DNA of 64,000 nucleotides, taken from contig CAWFSF010000006.1 in assembly GCA_963818475.1 (NCBI GenBank), positions 512,001 through 576,000 on the forward strand, in the 5' to 3' direction. Both the position numbers and the translations under genes were made by a program. The stretch is from Nitrospirota bacterium. Its GTDB lineage: Bacteria; Nitrospirota; UBA9217. Under the pieces are notes generated by a model. That model searched no databases. It saw only the letters and a program-made list of their open reading frames with translations, and was not told the origin of the DNA. Positions 1 to 12,194 of this stretch are shown here, in pieces; the first letter of the stretch is position 1; the number at the start of each line of letters is the position of its first letter.

Positions 1-1
1 C

Positions 2-1018
2 ATGCTCGGGGTCTATGACCGATGGATCGCCACTTTGTCCCACTCCTTTCTGGTGACCGGAATTCTTTTCCTTTTTATTCTTGTTAGTGTTCAGGCCCTG
101 ATCGCTATCCCCTTCAGCCTGTACCAGCATTTTACGATCGAAAACAGGTATGGTTTTAATGCCATGACCTTCAGGCTCTGGCTAACTGATCTGCTCAAGA
201 CTTTTGTCATCTCATCGATCCTGGGTTGCATTGTCATTCTTGCAGCGCTCTCAATCGTGCAGGCCAGTCCGGAATGGTGGTGGCTCTGGGTCTGGCTCTT
301 TTTCCTCATATTCGGCTTTTTTATGATGTTCATCTCACCCTATGTTATTGAGCCGTTATTCTTTAAGGTAGAGCCGGTCAAAACGGAAGGACTGGAAGGG
401 AAGATCCGCCAGCTCATGGAACAGGCCGGGCTCAAGGTCAGCCGTGTTTTCCAGATGGATGCCTCCCGCCGGAGCCGCCACTCCAATGCCTACTTCACAG
501 GCATCGGTAAGGTCAAACGGATCGTATTGTTCGACACGCTGATCGAGCAGATGACCCATGACGAGATTCTGGCTGTTCTTGCACATGAAGTAGGCCATTG
601 GAAGAAGCGTCATGTTCTGAAGCGTCTTGTTTTGACCGAAGTGACGGCGTTTTGCGGTTTATATCTTGCCTACGTTCTTCTGCAGCGGGAAGAGCTGCCA
701 GGCTTGCTTGGCTATACCGGGATTTCCTTTTACGCGCGCTTCATGATCATCGGTTTTTTGGGATCGCTTGTCATGTTTCCCCTGACCCCGTTGTTCAGTG
801 CCCTGTCGAGACGTGATGAGCGGGAAGCTGATGATTTTGCCGCTGAGCTGACCGGACATCCGGAACAAATGGCCTCGGCACTTTTGAAACTCTCCCGAGA
901 AAATCTATCCAATCTGCACCCTCATCCGTGGTATGCGGCATTCTACTATTCCCATCCGCCGGTGGTGAACAGGATCAGGATGCTGAAAAGCCGGAAAAGC
1001 GGAAAGGTGGATAATTGA
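2..1018 (+). CDS. M48 family (Ste24-like) membrane zinc metallopeptidase, 5'-partial
   Basis: HEVGH zinc motif, SNAYFTG, YYSHPP C-terminal motif, several TM segments. Confidence 0.9.
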   Translation: MLGVYDRWIATLSHSFLVTGILFLFILVSVQALIAIPFSLYQHFTIENRYGFNAMTFRLWLTDLLKTFVISSILGCIVILAALSIVQASPEWWWLWVWLFFLIFGFFMMFISPYVIEPLFFKVEPVKTEGLEGKIRQLMEQAGLKVSRVFQMDASRRSRHSNAYFTGIGKVKRIVLFDTLIEQMTHDEILAVLAHEVGHWKKRHVLKRLVLTEVTAFCGLYLAYVLLQREELPGLLGYTGISFYARFMIIGFLGSLVMFPLTPLFSALSRRDEREADDFAAELTGHPEQMASALLKLSRENLSNLHPHPWYAAFYYSHPPVVNRIRMLKSRKSGKVDN

Positions 1019-1273
1019 GATGTCAGGCACGCGGCAGGCCGGAGATTCCCTTCTTTCTTACCTTCTCACCTCCCCGTGTTTGGGTTTTTCCCATTGACCA
1101 TCATCTCCTTCTTGTGTTATTTTTAGCCCGCTTGGCGACCCGGCCATGGCGAAATCGCTTAAAGCCGCTGTTCTGGACCTGCAGACGGCGGTGGCAAGAA
1201 GCAGGCGACCTGGAAGTTGCTCAGGAAACCGTGATGCAAAATCCGCAATTAGATATTCAGAAAAGGAGTTGTA

Positions 1274-2524
1274 ATGACCATTCAGGCGATCAAGGGCGTC
1301 AAGGACATTCTGCCGGAGGATATCCCCGCATGGCGGCATCTCGAAGCTACGGCAAGAAAGATCTTCGAAGATTTCGGATTTTCCGAGATTCGGGTACCGG
1401 TTTTTGAATACACGGAGCTTTTCGCCCGGAGCATCGGTGCGACGACCGATATCGTTGAAAAGGAGATGTATACCTTCGAGGACCGTGACGGAAGGAAGAT
1501 AACGCTTCGCCCTGAAGGTACGGCCGGCGTTGTACGGTCATTCGTCGAGCACAAAATGTACGCAGATGCCCAATTAACGAGGCTGTACTATCTGGGACCC
1601 ATGTTCCGGCACGAACGTCCGCAAAAGGGGCGGTATCGCCAATTCCATCAGATCGGCGTTGAGGCGCTTGGTATCGACCACCCGCACGTGGACATCGAGG
1701 TCCTGGCGATGCTGCACCGCCTCTATGACGCGCTCGGCATCGGAGGGCTGACCTTGCAGGTCAACTCGCTTGGTGACAACGCCTGCCGCGGCTCCTACCG
1801 GGACAAACTTAAAGAGTATCTCAAGGACAAGCTGCCGACGCTCTGCGGGGACTGCCAGCGGCGCTACGAGACCAATCCGCTCCGCGTGCTCGACTGCAAG
1901 GTGGATGCCGATAAATTCGGCGATTCGCCGATCATGCTCGATCATCTCTGTGATCCCTGTAAGGTGCATTTTGAGACCGTTGAAGCGGGATTGAAAAAGC
2001 TCGGCATACCCTTTGCGATCAATCCCCGTCTTGTCAGAGGACTGGATTATTACACCCGAACGACCTTCGAGCTCGTCATGGGACATATGGGCGCACAGAA
2101 TACCGTGGCAGCCGGAGGCCGCTATGACGGACTGGTGCATGAGATCGGCGGGCCTGCGACAGCCGGCATCGGCTTTGCCCTCGGTGTCGAGCGGACGATC
2201 TCGCTCATGGACACGGCCATACTGAAGCTGCCGCAGCCAACGCTGTATCTTGCCGCACTCGGCAAGGAGGCTGTTGCCCTGGCGCTGCCTGTCGTACATG
2301 CACTGAAATTGCAGGGGATCCGGGTCGAGACGGATTACCAGGGTGCGAGCCTCAAAAGCCAGATGAAGAAAGCTGATAAGTACGGTGCGGGTTATACGCT
2401 GATCATCGGTGAACAGGAAATAGCGACCGGTACCGCTATCCTTCGTAATATGCAGACCAAGGAGCAGACTTCCCTGGCGTTCTCTGGTATCATTGAGGAG
2501 CTGCAGGTAAAACTGCGGACTTAA
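1274..2524 (+). CDS. hisS: Histidine--tRNA ligase
   Basis: LRPEGTA, FRHERPQKGRYRQF, RGLDYY, AGGRYD motifs; SD AGGAG upstream. Confidence 0.97.
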   Translation: MTIQAIKGVKDILPEDIPAWRHLEATARKIFEDFGFSEIRVPVFEYTELFARSIGATTDIVEKEMYTFEDRDGRKITLRPEGTAGVVRSFVEHKMYADAQLTRLYYLGPMFRHERPQKGRYRQFHQIGVEALGIDHPHVDIEVLAMLHRLYDALGIGGLTLQVNSLGDNACRGSYRDKLKEYLKDKLPTLCGDCQRRYETNPLRVLDCKVDADKFGDSPIMLDHLCDPCKVHFETVEAGLKKLGIPFAINPRLVRGLDYYTRTTFELVMGHMGAQNTVAAGGRYDGLVHEIGGPATAGIGFALGVERTISLMDTAILKLPQPTLYLAALGKEAVALALPVVHALKLQGIRVETDYQGASLKSQMKKADKYGAGYTLIIGEQEIATGTAILRNMQTKEQTSLAFSGIIEELQVKLRT

Positions 2525-2642
2525 CCATTTTGAGTTGAGCTGATGTTCCCGCGATTTACCCGGAAAAGAAGCGCACATTAATCTTCTCGACGCGGGCCTT
2601 GTGCGGTATCGGGCCGTCTGTTCGATCATCAGAGGAGTTCTC

Positions 2643-3122
2643 TTGAAAGTAGGCGTCATCTCCGATACCCATATTCCGGCCATTGTGCCGTCCCTCCCTC
2701 CGGCTGTTTTTGAGATCTTTAAGAACGTCGACCTGATCCTTCATGCCGGCGATATTGTCGAACTTTCCGTCCTGGAGGAGCTCCGGGCCATAGCCCCTGT
2801 CGAAGCAGTGGCAGGGAATATGGACGATATGCGGGTACACCAGACCTTGCCGTTCAAAAAGGTGATGATGCTCGGCGCGTTCCGCGTCGGACTGATCCAT
2901 GGCAAGTGGAGGATCGACATTCAAAAGGAAATGATCCGCAAGGAGTTCGACAGCGTGGACCTGATCGTCTACGGGCATTCTCATACGCCGTTCTGGGGTC
3001 GGGTGGACGGCACGCTGTTCCTGAACCCCGGCAGCCCTACGGACAAACGCTACGCGCCCTATAACTCGGTCGCGATCCTGGACATTGGCGCCGAGCTTCA
3101 GGCAGAGATCGTGAAACTGTGA
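2643..3122 (+). CDS. YfcE/MJ0936-family metallophosphoesterase
   Basis: SDTH, HAGD, GNMD, GHSH, NPGS motifs; TTG start after GAGGAG. Confidence 0.9.
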   Translation: MKVGVISDTHIPAIVPSLPPAVFEIFKNVDLILHAGDIVELSVLEELRAIAPVEAVAGNMDDMRVHQTLPFKKVMMLGAFRVGLIHGKWRIDIQKEMIRKEFDSVDLIVYGHSHTPFWGRVDGTLFLNPGSPTDKRYAPYNSVAILDIGAELQAEIVKL

Positions 3123-3253
3123 TCGCTCTTCAGCATCTATGAGCGGTACGCAGCATAGTGCAGGCGTTATAATTTCACCAGACTATGCTGCTTATGTTCC
3201 GACGATTTGTTTTAGTTGCAATAGAAAATTATTTATGTTATTTTTTAAAAACT

Positions 3254-4685
3254 ATGGCGAACGATAAAATAAAATTTGGGACCTCCGGATGGCGCGGCGT
3301 GATCGCCGATGACTTTACCTTTGAACGGGTACGGATCGTGGTCCAGGCGATCGCAGACCACCTTACTGCCCAGGGCTTGAAGGACAAAGGCGTGGTGGTC
3401 GGGTATGATACGCGCTTCCTGTCCGAACGGTTCGCTGCCGAAGCAGTAAAGGTCTTTGCCGCGAACGGCATCCGCTCCTCTCTTTCGAACCGCGATGTGC
3501 CGACACCGGCAGTCGCCTTCGAGATCATTCGCAGAAAAGCAGCAGGGGGCATCAATTTCACTGCCAGCCATAATCCGCCGGAATACAACGGGCTCAAGTT
3601 CTCCCCGGCCTGGGGCGGACCGGCCCTGCCGGAGACTACCAAAGATATTGAAACACGGGCCAATGCGCTGCTTGATAAGACTTCGGTCAAGTGCCATGCC
3701 GCTGGCTGAAGCAAAACAAAAGGGCCTGGTTGAAGATGCCGACCTTCGCAAGATCTACCTCGATGATCTCAGGAAAAAAATCGATCTCGAATCCATTAAA
3801 AAAGCAAAACTGAAGGTTGCCGTCGACCTGCTGTACGGGACCGGCAGGGACTATCTGGACACGGTGTTGAAAGACGCAGGTTGCGCCGTAACGGTCATCC
3901 ACGGGCATCGGGATGCGCTGTTCGGCGGACGTTCTCCGGAACCATCGGAAGAGAACCTCTTCGAACTGTCGTCGGTCATGAAAAAAGGAAAATTTGACAT
4001 CGGTCTCGCCGTCGATGGGGACGCTGACCGCTTCGGTGTCATGGATACCGACGGGACCTATATCAATCCCAACCAGGTTCTCGCCCTGGTTCTGGATTAT
4101 CTTTGCCGAAGCCGCGGGTGGAAAGGCGGCGCAGCCCGGTCCATTGCGACATCGCACCTCGTCGATGCAGTGGCAAAAAAACACGGCATCGAGGTCTATG
4201 AGACCGGCGTGGGGTTCAAATACATCGGCGATTTGCTGGTCCAGGGCAAGATCATCTTCGGCGGAGAAGAGAGCGCCGGGATGACGATCAAGGACCATGT
4301 TCCCGAGAAGGACGGCATCATCGCCTGCATGCTCGTGGCGGAGATGGTGGCACAGGAGAAGCGTCCTGTCAAGGAACTGCTGAAGCGGCTGTACAAGGAA
4401 GTAGGGACGATCCTTAACGACCGGGTGAACATCCGGCTGACCGATGTGAACCAGAAACTGGTTGCAGAACGGCTGGCACAGCCGCTGACCGAGCTGGGCG
4501 GACTGCGGGTCAAGGGGAAGAAGACAACGGCCGATGGGACCAAGTATATGCTCGAGGACGACAGCTGGGTGCTTATGCGCGCTTCGGGCACCGAGCCGGT
4601 CGTGCGCATCTATGTTGAGGCCGAGTCAGAAACAAAGATCCAGAATCTCATTGATTCAGGGAAGAAATTTATCCTGGGACAGTAA
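3254..4685 (+). CDS. Phosphoglucomutase/phosphomannomutase family protein (one frameshift near 3693, probably sequencing error)
   Basis: FGTSGWRG and TASHNP in ORF 3185-3709; DGDADR, GEESAG, RASGTEP in ORF 3456-4685. Confidence 0.9.
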
Positions 4686-6065
<1,380 letters not shown>

Positions 6066-6082
6066 GAATAAGGAGCAAGTGA

Positions 6083-6120
6083 AAGCCGGAGGTCATAAAG
6101 ATCTCCGGCTTTTTTTTCTT
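6083..6120 (+). terminator. Intrinsic terminator after eno
   Basis: AGCCGGAG...CTCCGGCT hairpin followed by a T run. Confidence 0.85.
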
Positions 6121-6230
6121 GATGTGGAGTCGCAGTCTTCTCCCTACATTTTCTATAGTTTGCGATTCCGATAAATGTACGTTTCATGCTATATTTTCGC
6201 TATCTTTCAATTGGAGTAAATACTGCACCC

Positions 6231-6617
6231 ATGGACCGCTCTTCATTTGAAAAACTCGTAGAAAATGCACTCACCCGTCTTCCGCGCAGGTTCAAACAGA
6301 AGATCAAGAATATCTCGATCGAGGTCGAAGACAGTCCCTCACCAGAGGTTCTGCATGAGATGGGGATCGAACGGGGAACGCTCTTCGGTTTGTACCAGGG
6401 GGTGCCCTTACCTGCGAGGGAGTGGAACTACGGCAATGTGCTGCCGGATCGCATCGTTGTTTACCAGCATCCCATTGAGCAGGCTGCGCAGTCGCCCGAA
6501 GAGATCGAGGAAATCGTTCTCGAAACGGTAATACATGAGATCGGACATTATTTCGGGTTTGATGATGATGAGTTGTATCGAATAGAGAAAGAAAAAAGAA
6601 AGAAGGATGCTGGGTAG
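6231..6617 (+). CDS. Zincin-like metallopeptidase (DUF1025/Zincin_1)
   Basis: LFGLYQGVPL, PDRIVVY, HEIGHYFG motifs. Confidence 0.85.
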   Translation: MDRSSFEKLVENALTRLPRRFKQKIKNISIEVEDSPSPEVLHEMGIERGTLFGLYQGVPLPAREWNYGNVLPDRIVVYQHPIEQAAQSPEEIEEIVLETVIHEIGHYFGFDDDELYRIEKEKRKKDAG

Positions 6618-6647
6618 TATCTGCAGCAGCAGCTGCTGTACTCCTGG

Positions 6648-7127
6648 TTATTTGTAGATCTTCAGAATCTTCTCAATGATCCCCGTTGTCGACGCGCCCT
6701 CAACGAACGGAACATTCACGACCCGCCCGCCCCGCGCCTCCACGACATCACGCCCGATGATCTTCTCGATCGGCCAGTCACCGCCTTTGACCAGCACATC
6801 GGGCTGCAACGCCGCAATGACCTTGTAGGGGTCTGGTTCCTCGAAGACCGTTACGAAGCTGACCGATTCGAGCGCTGCCAGCGTTTCCGCCCGGTCTTGC
6901 TGTGAATTGATCGGCCGCTTTTCCCCTTTGATCGAACGGACCGATGCATCGCTGTTTACGGCAACAACGAGAATGTCGCCGAGCGAACGAGCCGTGGCGA
7001 GGTATCGGGTGTGGCCCGGGTGAATGAGGTCAAAGCAACCGTTCGTGAAAACGACTGTTTGGCCTGTTGCCCTGAGCAGAGAAAGGAGCGGTGTCAGTTC
7101 AGCAATTGTTTTGATTTTAGCGAGCAT
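6648..7127 (-). CDS. rfaE2: D-glycero-beta-D-manno-heptose 1-phosphate adenylyltransferase
   Basis: FTNGCFDLIHPGH, NSDASVR, KGGDW, STTGII motifs; C-terminal half of ORF 6648-7511. Confidence 0.92.
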   Translation of the reverse strand: MLAKIKTIAELTPLLSLLRATGQTVVFTNGCFDLIHPGHTRYLATARSLGDILVVAVNSDASVRSIKGEKRPINSQQDRAETLAALESVSFVTVFEEPDPYKVIAALQPDVLVKGGDWPIEKIIGRDVVEARGGRVVNVPFVEGASTTGIIEKILKIYK

Positions 7128-7224
7128 GCAGAAATATACTATAACATCGAAGGGAAAGCAAGCTGAGACAACGCCGAACCGCATGAGGTTCGAATTTGTT
7201 CTCTTGAGGCTAACCCGGTGGGGG

Positions 7225-8301
7225 CTATTCGTCCTGGCAGGTGGTGAATATAGTATCGAACTCTGGTGCGATCCTGATGAAAGCAGCGAGCACCTGAGGG
7301 TCGAAATGCTCCGGCATCGTACGCTGATCGCCTTTGGTGATGATGTCATAGGACTTTTGATGGTCAAAGGCTGGTTTATAGGGCCGTGCACTGCGCAGGG
7401 CGTCATATTGGTCGACCAGCATGACGATCCGTCCCTCAATGGGGATCTTTTCTCCCGCAAGGCCGAGCGGGTAGCCCTTTCCATCCCACCGCTCGTGGTG
7501 ATGCTGCGCAATGGATGCTGCCATTTGGATCGTGGGATAGTCGGAGCCGTCCAGGATCTTCTCCCCCATGGACGTGTGGGTCTTCATGATATCGAACTCT
7601 TCGCGCGTAAGCGGACCGGGTTTGAGCAGAATATGGTCCGGGATGCCGATCTTTCCGATGTCATGCATGGAGCTGGCAAAGGTCACGGTATCAATGAAGT
7701 CCGGCGACAGGCCGAGGGTTTCGGCTATTTTATGCGTATAGAGGCTGATCCGGGAAATGTGCGCTCCCGTGTCGGTATCGCGGTATTCGGCCACGGTCGT
7801 GAGGCGGGTCGTAATTTCTTTGGCGATGTTCTGGACCTGTTCAAGCGCGTTGGCCAGCTCCTGCGTTCTTTTTCGAACGGTATCCTCCAGCATTTCCTTG
7901 TAGTTCTTCTCCATCTGAACCAGCCGGGTGTATTTGACGGCCTTTTCAACGGCATACAAGAGGTATTCCGGGTTGTAGGGTTTCGTGATGAAATCAAAAG
8001 CGCCGCGTTTCAGCGCATCAACGGCAACATCAAGCTCCGCAAAGGCGGTCATCAGGATCACCGGGACCAGGCCGTTGCTGGTGTGAATGCGATGAAGCAG
8101 TTCGATGCCGGTGATCTCGGGCATCTTGATGTCGGTCAGGATGACGTCGAATTGCGTTTTTTTAAGCCTGTCCAGCGCTTCAAATCCACTGCGGCATGTT
8201 GCGACCTGATAGCCATATTCCTGCAGCAACGAGGCTATTGATTCGAGCACGTAGGGATCGTCGTCAACAACCAGGAGGGATTCTTTGTCTTTCTGGTTCA
8301 T
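7225..8301 (-). CDS. Response regulator with HD-GYP c-di-GMP phosphodiesterase domain
   Basis: N-terminal REC (VVDDD, DIKMP, KP), [16 protein letters not shown]. Confidence 0.93.
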   Translation of the reverse strand: MNQKDKESLLVVDDDPYVLESIASLLQEYGYQVATCRSGFEALDRLKKTQFDVILTDIKMPEITGIELLHRIHTSNGLVPVILMTAFAELDVAVDALKRGAFDFITKPYNPEYLLYAVEKAVKYTRLVQMEKNYKEMLEDTVRKRTQELANALEQVQNIAKEITTRLTTVAEYRDTDTGAHISRISLYTHKIAETLGLSPDFIDTVTFASSMHDIGKIGIPDHILLKPGPLTREEFDIMKTHTSMGEKILDGSDYPTIQMAASIAQHHHERWDGKGYPLGLAGEKIPIEGRIVMLVDQYDALRSARPYKPAFDHQKSYDIITKGDQRTMPEHFDPQVLAAFIRIAPEFDTIFTTCQDE

Positions 8302-8663
8302 GTTTTTGCTTTCTCCACCCGTCTTGCGGGAGGACGCTGCATCCAGCCTGTTTGTCCCCGCTCGCCGTAGTCAGATATCTGCTGCTCCGGTCATCATTGC
8401 GTCTGGTCGTGACCGCACCGAGGCTCATGCGTCATGGACAGTCTCTGCTATTTACACGGAATGCTATCTTGTCGATGAGCAGGATGCAAGCAAAATTTAT
8501 AGTATAACATTTCCGCAGGAAACTGACGAAATAAAATTATTTTCATGCAGATATTCAGGCGGACTACTGATGGATGCAAATCTTCGCTCTGTTCGGGCGA
8601 ATCTATCTGAGGATGACGAATTGCCTGAGTTGTCATGCAGCAGTTTGGTCGATTGCGGCCAGC

Positions 8664-10385
8664 CTATCTGATATATGCCTCGGTCACATAACGCCGCATC
8701 ATACGGTGACTGTTGAAATAGTAGGCGTTCTTGCTGATGGCGTTCTTCATCATACGGCTCCAGCCGCTCTTGTTCGGGTTATAGTATTTCGGAATGATCA
8801 GGTTCTCAAGCTTGTCATAGAGGTCAGCCACGTCCTCGGCATCTGAAGCGCCGGGCTCCGATGTTTCGGTAGGCTTGGCGCCGATAGACCAGCCGGTAAA
8901 TCCCTCGATATGACCCTCGATCCACCAGCCGTCGAGTACGCTGAAATTGACCACACCGTTGTGCGCGGCCTTCATCCCGCTGGTGCCGGATGCCTCAAGC
9001 GGACGGAGCGGGGTGTTGAGCCAGATATCGACGCCCGAGACGAGCTTGAGGGCAATGTCCATGTTGTAGCCCGGAAGGAAGGCGATGGAGATCTTTCCTT
9101 TGAGCTTGTCGCGATACCCGTAGATCCCCTGAATAAGGCGCTTCCCGTTATCATCGTGCGGGTGAGCTTTGCCGGCGTAGATGATCTGGATCCTGCCCTT
9201 TTCATTGATCTTCAGCAGCCGCTCGATGTCGGAGAAGAGCAGGTGCGGTCGTTTATAGGCCGTGGCACGCCGCGCGAAACCCAGGGTAAGGACATTGAGG
9301 TCCATCTCCACGCCGGTCGTGTTGCTTACATACGTCAGCAGCTTCCGTTTCGCCTCGCGGTGCGCTTCCCACAGTTCGAGTTCCGGAATGTTGCCCGAGC
9401 GAACGAACAGCTCCGGTTCATTCGCCCAACCGGGAATGTATATATCGAACAGCCTGGCCATGTCCGCGCAGGTCCAGGTGAAGGTATGTACGCCGTTCGT
9501 GATGGCATGGATGTGGTAGCCGGGGAACATGTGCTGCGACACTTCCCCGTGTTTTTTCGCCACGCCGTTGATATATTTGCTGAGATTGAGCGCCAGCATC
9601 GTCATGTTCAGGTTGTCCTTGCCCGCCAGGTCCTTGAGCACGTCGAAGGGAATGATCTCGCCGAGCACTTTGCTGACGAGCGGGTAGGGGAACTTGTCAT
9701 GCCCGGCCTCAACCGGCGTATGGGTCGTGAATACGCAGAGGTCCCGCACCCGGCCGACGTCCCAGACCGAACGCTCGTCCCACACGGTCTCGATGTCACG
9801 CTTGAACCGGAGGAGCAGTTCCAGCGCCAGAAAGCTCGCATGCCCCTCGTTCATATGATATTTTTTGATGTGAAAATCGAGCGCATGGAGCATACGCACA
9901 CCGCCCATGCCCAGCACGACTTCCTGCTTGATGCGGTAGGTGCTGTCGCCGCCATAGAGATAATCGGTGATGCACCGGTCTTCCGGCGTGTTTTCCGGGA
10001 GGTCGGTATCCAGGAACAGCATGGGCACCCGTCCGCCGGTGGGACTGATGACCTGATAGAACCAGGCCTGGATACGGACATCGCGCCCCTCGATTTGCAC
10101 TTTGACCGTTTCTTTCAGGAGCGTCATGTGCGTGGCCGGGTCCCAGACCACGGGCTTTTCATGCTGCCATCCGAAACCGTCAAGTTCCTGGGTAAAGTAG
10201 CCCTTCCTCGTGATGAGCGTTACGGCCACCATCGGCAGGTTGAGGTCGGCTGCTGATTTTATCGTGTCGCCGGCCAGAATGCCGAGGCCTCCGCTGTAGG
10301 TCGGGATATCGTTCTTCACGCCGATCTCCATGGAGAAATAGGCGATCATCGGTTCTGCGGTAAATTCATGCAGGGTAGCGTTCAT
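8664..10385 (-). CDS. glgP: Alpha-glucan phosphorylase
   Basis: YSGGLGILAGD, NEGH, ARRATAYKR, EASGTSGMK PLP motif. Confidence 0.93.
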   Translation of the reverse strand: MNATLHEFTAEPMIAYFSMEIGVKNDIPTYSGGLGILAGDTIKSAADLNLPMVAVTLITRKGYFTQELDGFGWQHEKPVVWDPATHMTLLKETVKVQIEGRDVRIQAWFYQVISPTGGRVPMLFLDTDLPENTPEDRCITDYLYGGDSTYRIKQEVVLGMGGVRMLHALDFHIKKYHMNEGHASFLALELLLRFKRDIETVWDERSVWDVGRVRDLCVFTTHTPVEAGHDKFPYPLVSKVLGEIIPFDVLKDLAGKDNLNMTMLALNLSKYINGVAKKHGEVSQHMFPGYHIHAITNGVHTFTWTCADMARLFDIYIPGWANEPELFVRSGNIPELELWEAHREAKRKLLTYVSNTTGVEMDLNVLTLGFARRATAYKRPHLLFSDIERLLKINEKGRIQIIYAGKAHPHDDNGKRLIQGIYGYRDKLKGKISIAFLPGYNMDIALKLVSGVDIWLNTPLRPLEASGTSGMKAAHNGVVNFSVLDGWWIEGHIEGFTGWSIGAKPTETSEPGASDAEDVADLYDKLENLIIPKYYNPNKSGWSRMMKNAISKNAYYFNSHRMMRRYVTEAYIR

Positions 10386-10583
10386 AATGCTCCTTCATAG
10401 GGGGGAACCATTTGAACAATTCCCATAGTAAAGATAACAGAAACAGCAGTACATTTCAACAGGCGAGAGGAGGAGTTATCAGGTCTTGATGGCGGGAAAA
10501 GAATTTGTGACAGCGGGAATAGGACAACACCATTTTATGCATAGAAGTTTCCCCGATCCCGACAATCCGGAATCAAAAAAGCG

Positions 10584-10679
10584 TTTCTCGCAATGACGCC
10601 TAGCTTGCAAAGCAAGGCCAAATCTGCTGGTCTAAATTCTAGATTTAAAGGTTTCCTTTTTTTGCGGTTTTGCGAGAAA
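10584..10679. repeat. Degenerate inverted repeat (CTCGCAA...TTGCGAG type), REP-like
   Basis: TTTCTCGCAA...TTGCAAAG and TTTGCGGTTTTGCGAGAAA. Confidence 0.5.
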
Positions 10680-10714
10680 ATTATTCGATTGTTTGTTTTG
10701 AATTCGAACACCTA

Positions 10715-11287
10715 CTATTTTTTATCGCTATTATAGGCGTAAGCGCTTAGTCTGGCCTTCGCCAGTTCGATCAAACCGAAAACCTTCAAATCGATGAGCG
10801 TTCCTGCCTTCTGCATAGTCTTCAAGTAGTCCTGAACGTCCCGGAGCGGCACGTCGATTACCTCGATGATCTCATTGTCATCGCCGCCGTTCTTGCCCAC
10901 AGGGGTAAGCTCGGTGCAGAGATAGGCCCTGAGCAACTCTGTCGAGGCGCCGGTTGAAATGGGGCCTTCCGTAAGAAAATCAATGCTGCCTGCTTCCCAG
11001 CCTGTTTCTTCTATCAGCTCCCGTTTTGCGGCTGCCTCCATGGACTCGCCGGGATCTACGAGCCCGGCCGGAAGTTCGATGACTGCACGGCCGAGCGGGG
11101 GCCTGAACTGCTTTTCCAGCAGGATCGATCCGGCTGGCGTGATCGCTACCATGACGACGATGCCGTTGATGCCTACGCGCTCAAGCGCCTCCCAGGTGCG
11201 CACTTTGCCGTGAGCGTCACGGTAGGTGATCTCCACGGCGCTCATGAAACTGCCTTTCCACATCACTTTTTTGCTGAGAATTTCCAT
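10715..11287 (-). CDS. NUDIX hydrolase (ADP-ribose pyrophosphatase-like)
   Basis: QFRPP, ELPAGLVDPGESMEAAAKRELIEETG Nudix box. Confidence 0.92.
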   Translation of the reverse strand: MEILSKKVMWKGSFMSAVEITYRDAHGKVRTWEALERVGINGIVVMVAITPAGSILLEKQFRPPLGRAVIELPAGLVDPGESMEAAAKRELIEETGWEAGSIDFLTEGPISTGASTELLRAYLCTELTPVGKNGGDDNEIIEVIDVPLRDVQDYLKTMQKAGTLIDLKVFGLIELAKARLSAYAYNSDKK

Positions 11288-11295
11288 ACGCTTTT

Positions 11296-11418
11296 AAATT
11301 TCAAAAATCAAATCACAAATCTCAAATAACATCCAATATTCAAATCACAAAGACCGAAACGTTTGAAATTTAGAATTTTATTTTGGAGCTTATTTGTTAT
11401 TTGGTGTTTGGAAATTGG
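11296..11418. repeat. AT-rich heptamer tandem repeats in inverted arrangement
   Basis: AAATTTCAAAAATCAAATCACAAATCTCAAAT ... TTTGTTATTTGGTGTTTGGAAATTGG. Confidence 0.65.
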
Positions 11419-11429
11419 CGCTTGATCTC

Positions 11430-12041
11430 TCACAGCCACTTCTTCAGGTCCAGGGTGAGCGCAGCCGGGATGATGGTGTCCACCTCGCGGATGCGTTTGC
11501 GGCCGGCTTTGACGAACATGGCTTTCTGGAGCTTCTTTTCCTCGTCGTAATGATCGAAGATCGGGTAATCGGACTCGGGGATGTCCTTCTTGAAATACCC
11601 GCAGCCTTCGAGCCGTACAGCGCGGCGGGGACCACGGATGGTGGGGCCGAAAATGCGGCAGATGTGCGGCCTGATATCGTAGACCATGCAGATGCCGTTC
11701 TCGAGCGCCGGGCAGGACATCTTGGCTGACCGGCGGGAAATGGCATCGATGGACGGCAGTGTTTTAAGCAGCGGGTCCTTGCGGGAAAAGGCTTTTTTCT
11801 TTTCCAGGATGTCCAGCTGTTCATTCGCCCGGGCGATCACGCGTTTGCGGACCTCGGCCGGGACTTTCTTCAGCGCCGACCGCAGATGGATTGCATCGAG
11901 CAGCGTGATGTCGAAGAACCCGACGGTACAGCATTCATTACACCCGCGCTTGCACTTGACGCCGTTCTTTTTGGTTGCCGCGCCGAAGGTACGGCTGGAC
12001 TTCTCAAGGAACGTTGCATACTTTTTTATGATACGGTTCAT
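11430..12041 (-). CDS. YkgJ family cysteine-cluster (CxxCxxCC) protein
   Basis: CKRGCNECC and CPALENGICMVYDIRPHICR. Confidence 0.85.
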   Translation of the reverse strand: MNRIIKKYATFLEKSSRTFGAATKKNGVKCKRGCNECCTVGFFDITLLDAIHLRSALKKVPAEVRKRVIARANEQLDILEKKKAFSRKDPLLKTLPSIDAISRRSAKMSCPALENGICMVYDIRPHICRIFGPTIRGPRRAVRLEGCGYFKKDIPESDYPIFDHYDEEKKLQKAMFVKAGRKRIREVDTIIPAALTLDLKKWL

Positions 12042-12194
12042 TTACCAGTTACCTTTCATGAAGATGGTAGTGGATTATACGGTTCGATAGGGTGTTTGTC
12101 AATAAGCAACGGGGGAAGGGAAGCGCTGGAGAAAAGGAACTGTTTCAGGAGGAAGCGCGGAAGGCCGCTCCCTCCTGAATGAGGTCTCAAGTAT

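Noticed and set aside
1015-1407. ORFs 1015-1407 (+) and 1058-1339 (-)
   Set aside because: They overlap hisS and show no motifs or SD support.
3185-4685. Programmed frameshift or split phosphomutase
   Set aside because: No slippery motif at the junction, and similar indels are scattered through the window, so a sequencing error is more likely.
7024-10256. Long plus-strand ORFs 7024-8241 and 8910-10256
   Set aside because: Antisense shadows of the HD-GYP regulator and glgP, typical of GC-rich codon bias.
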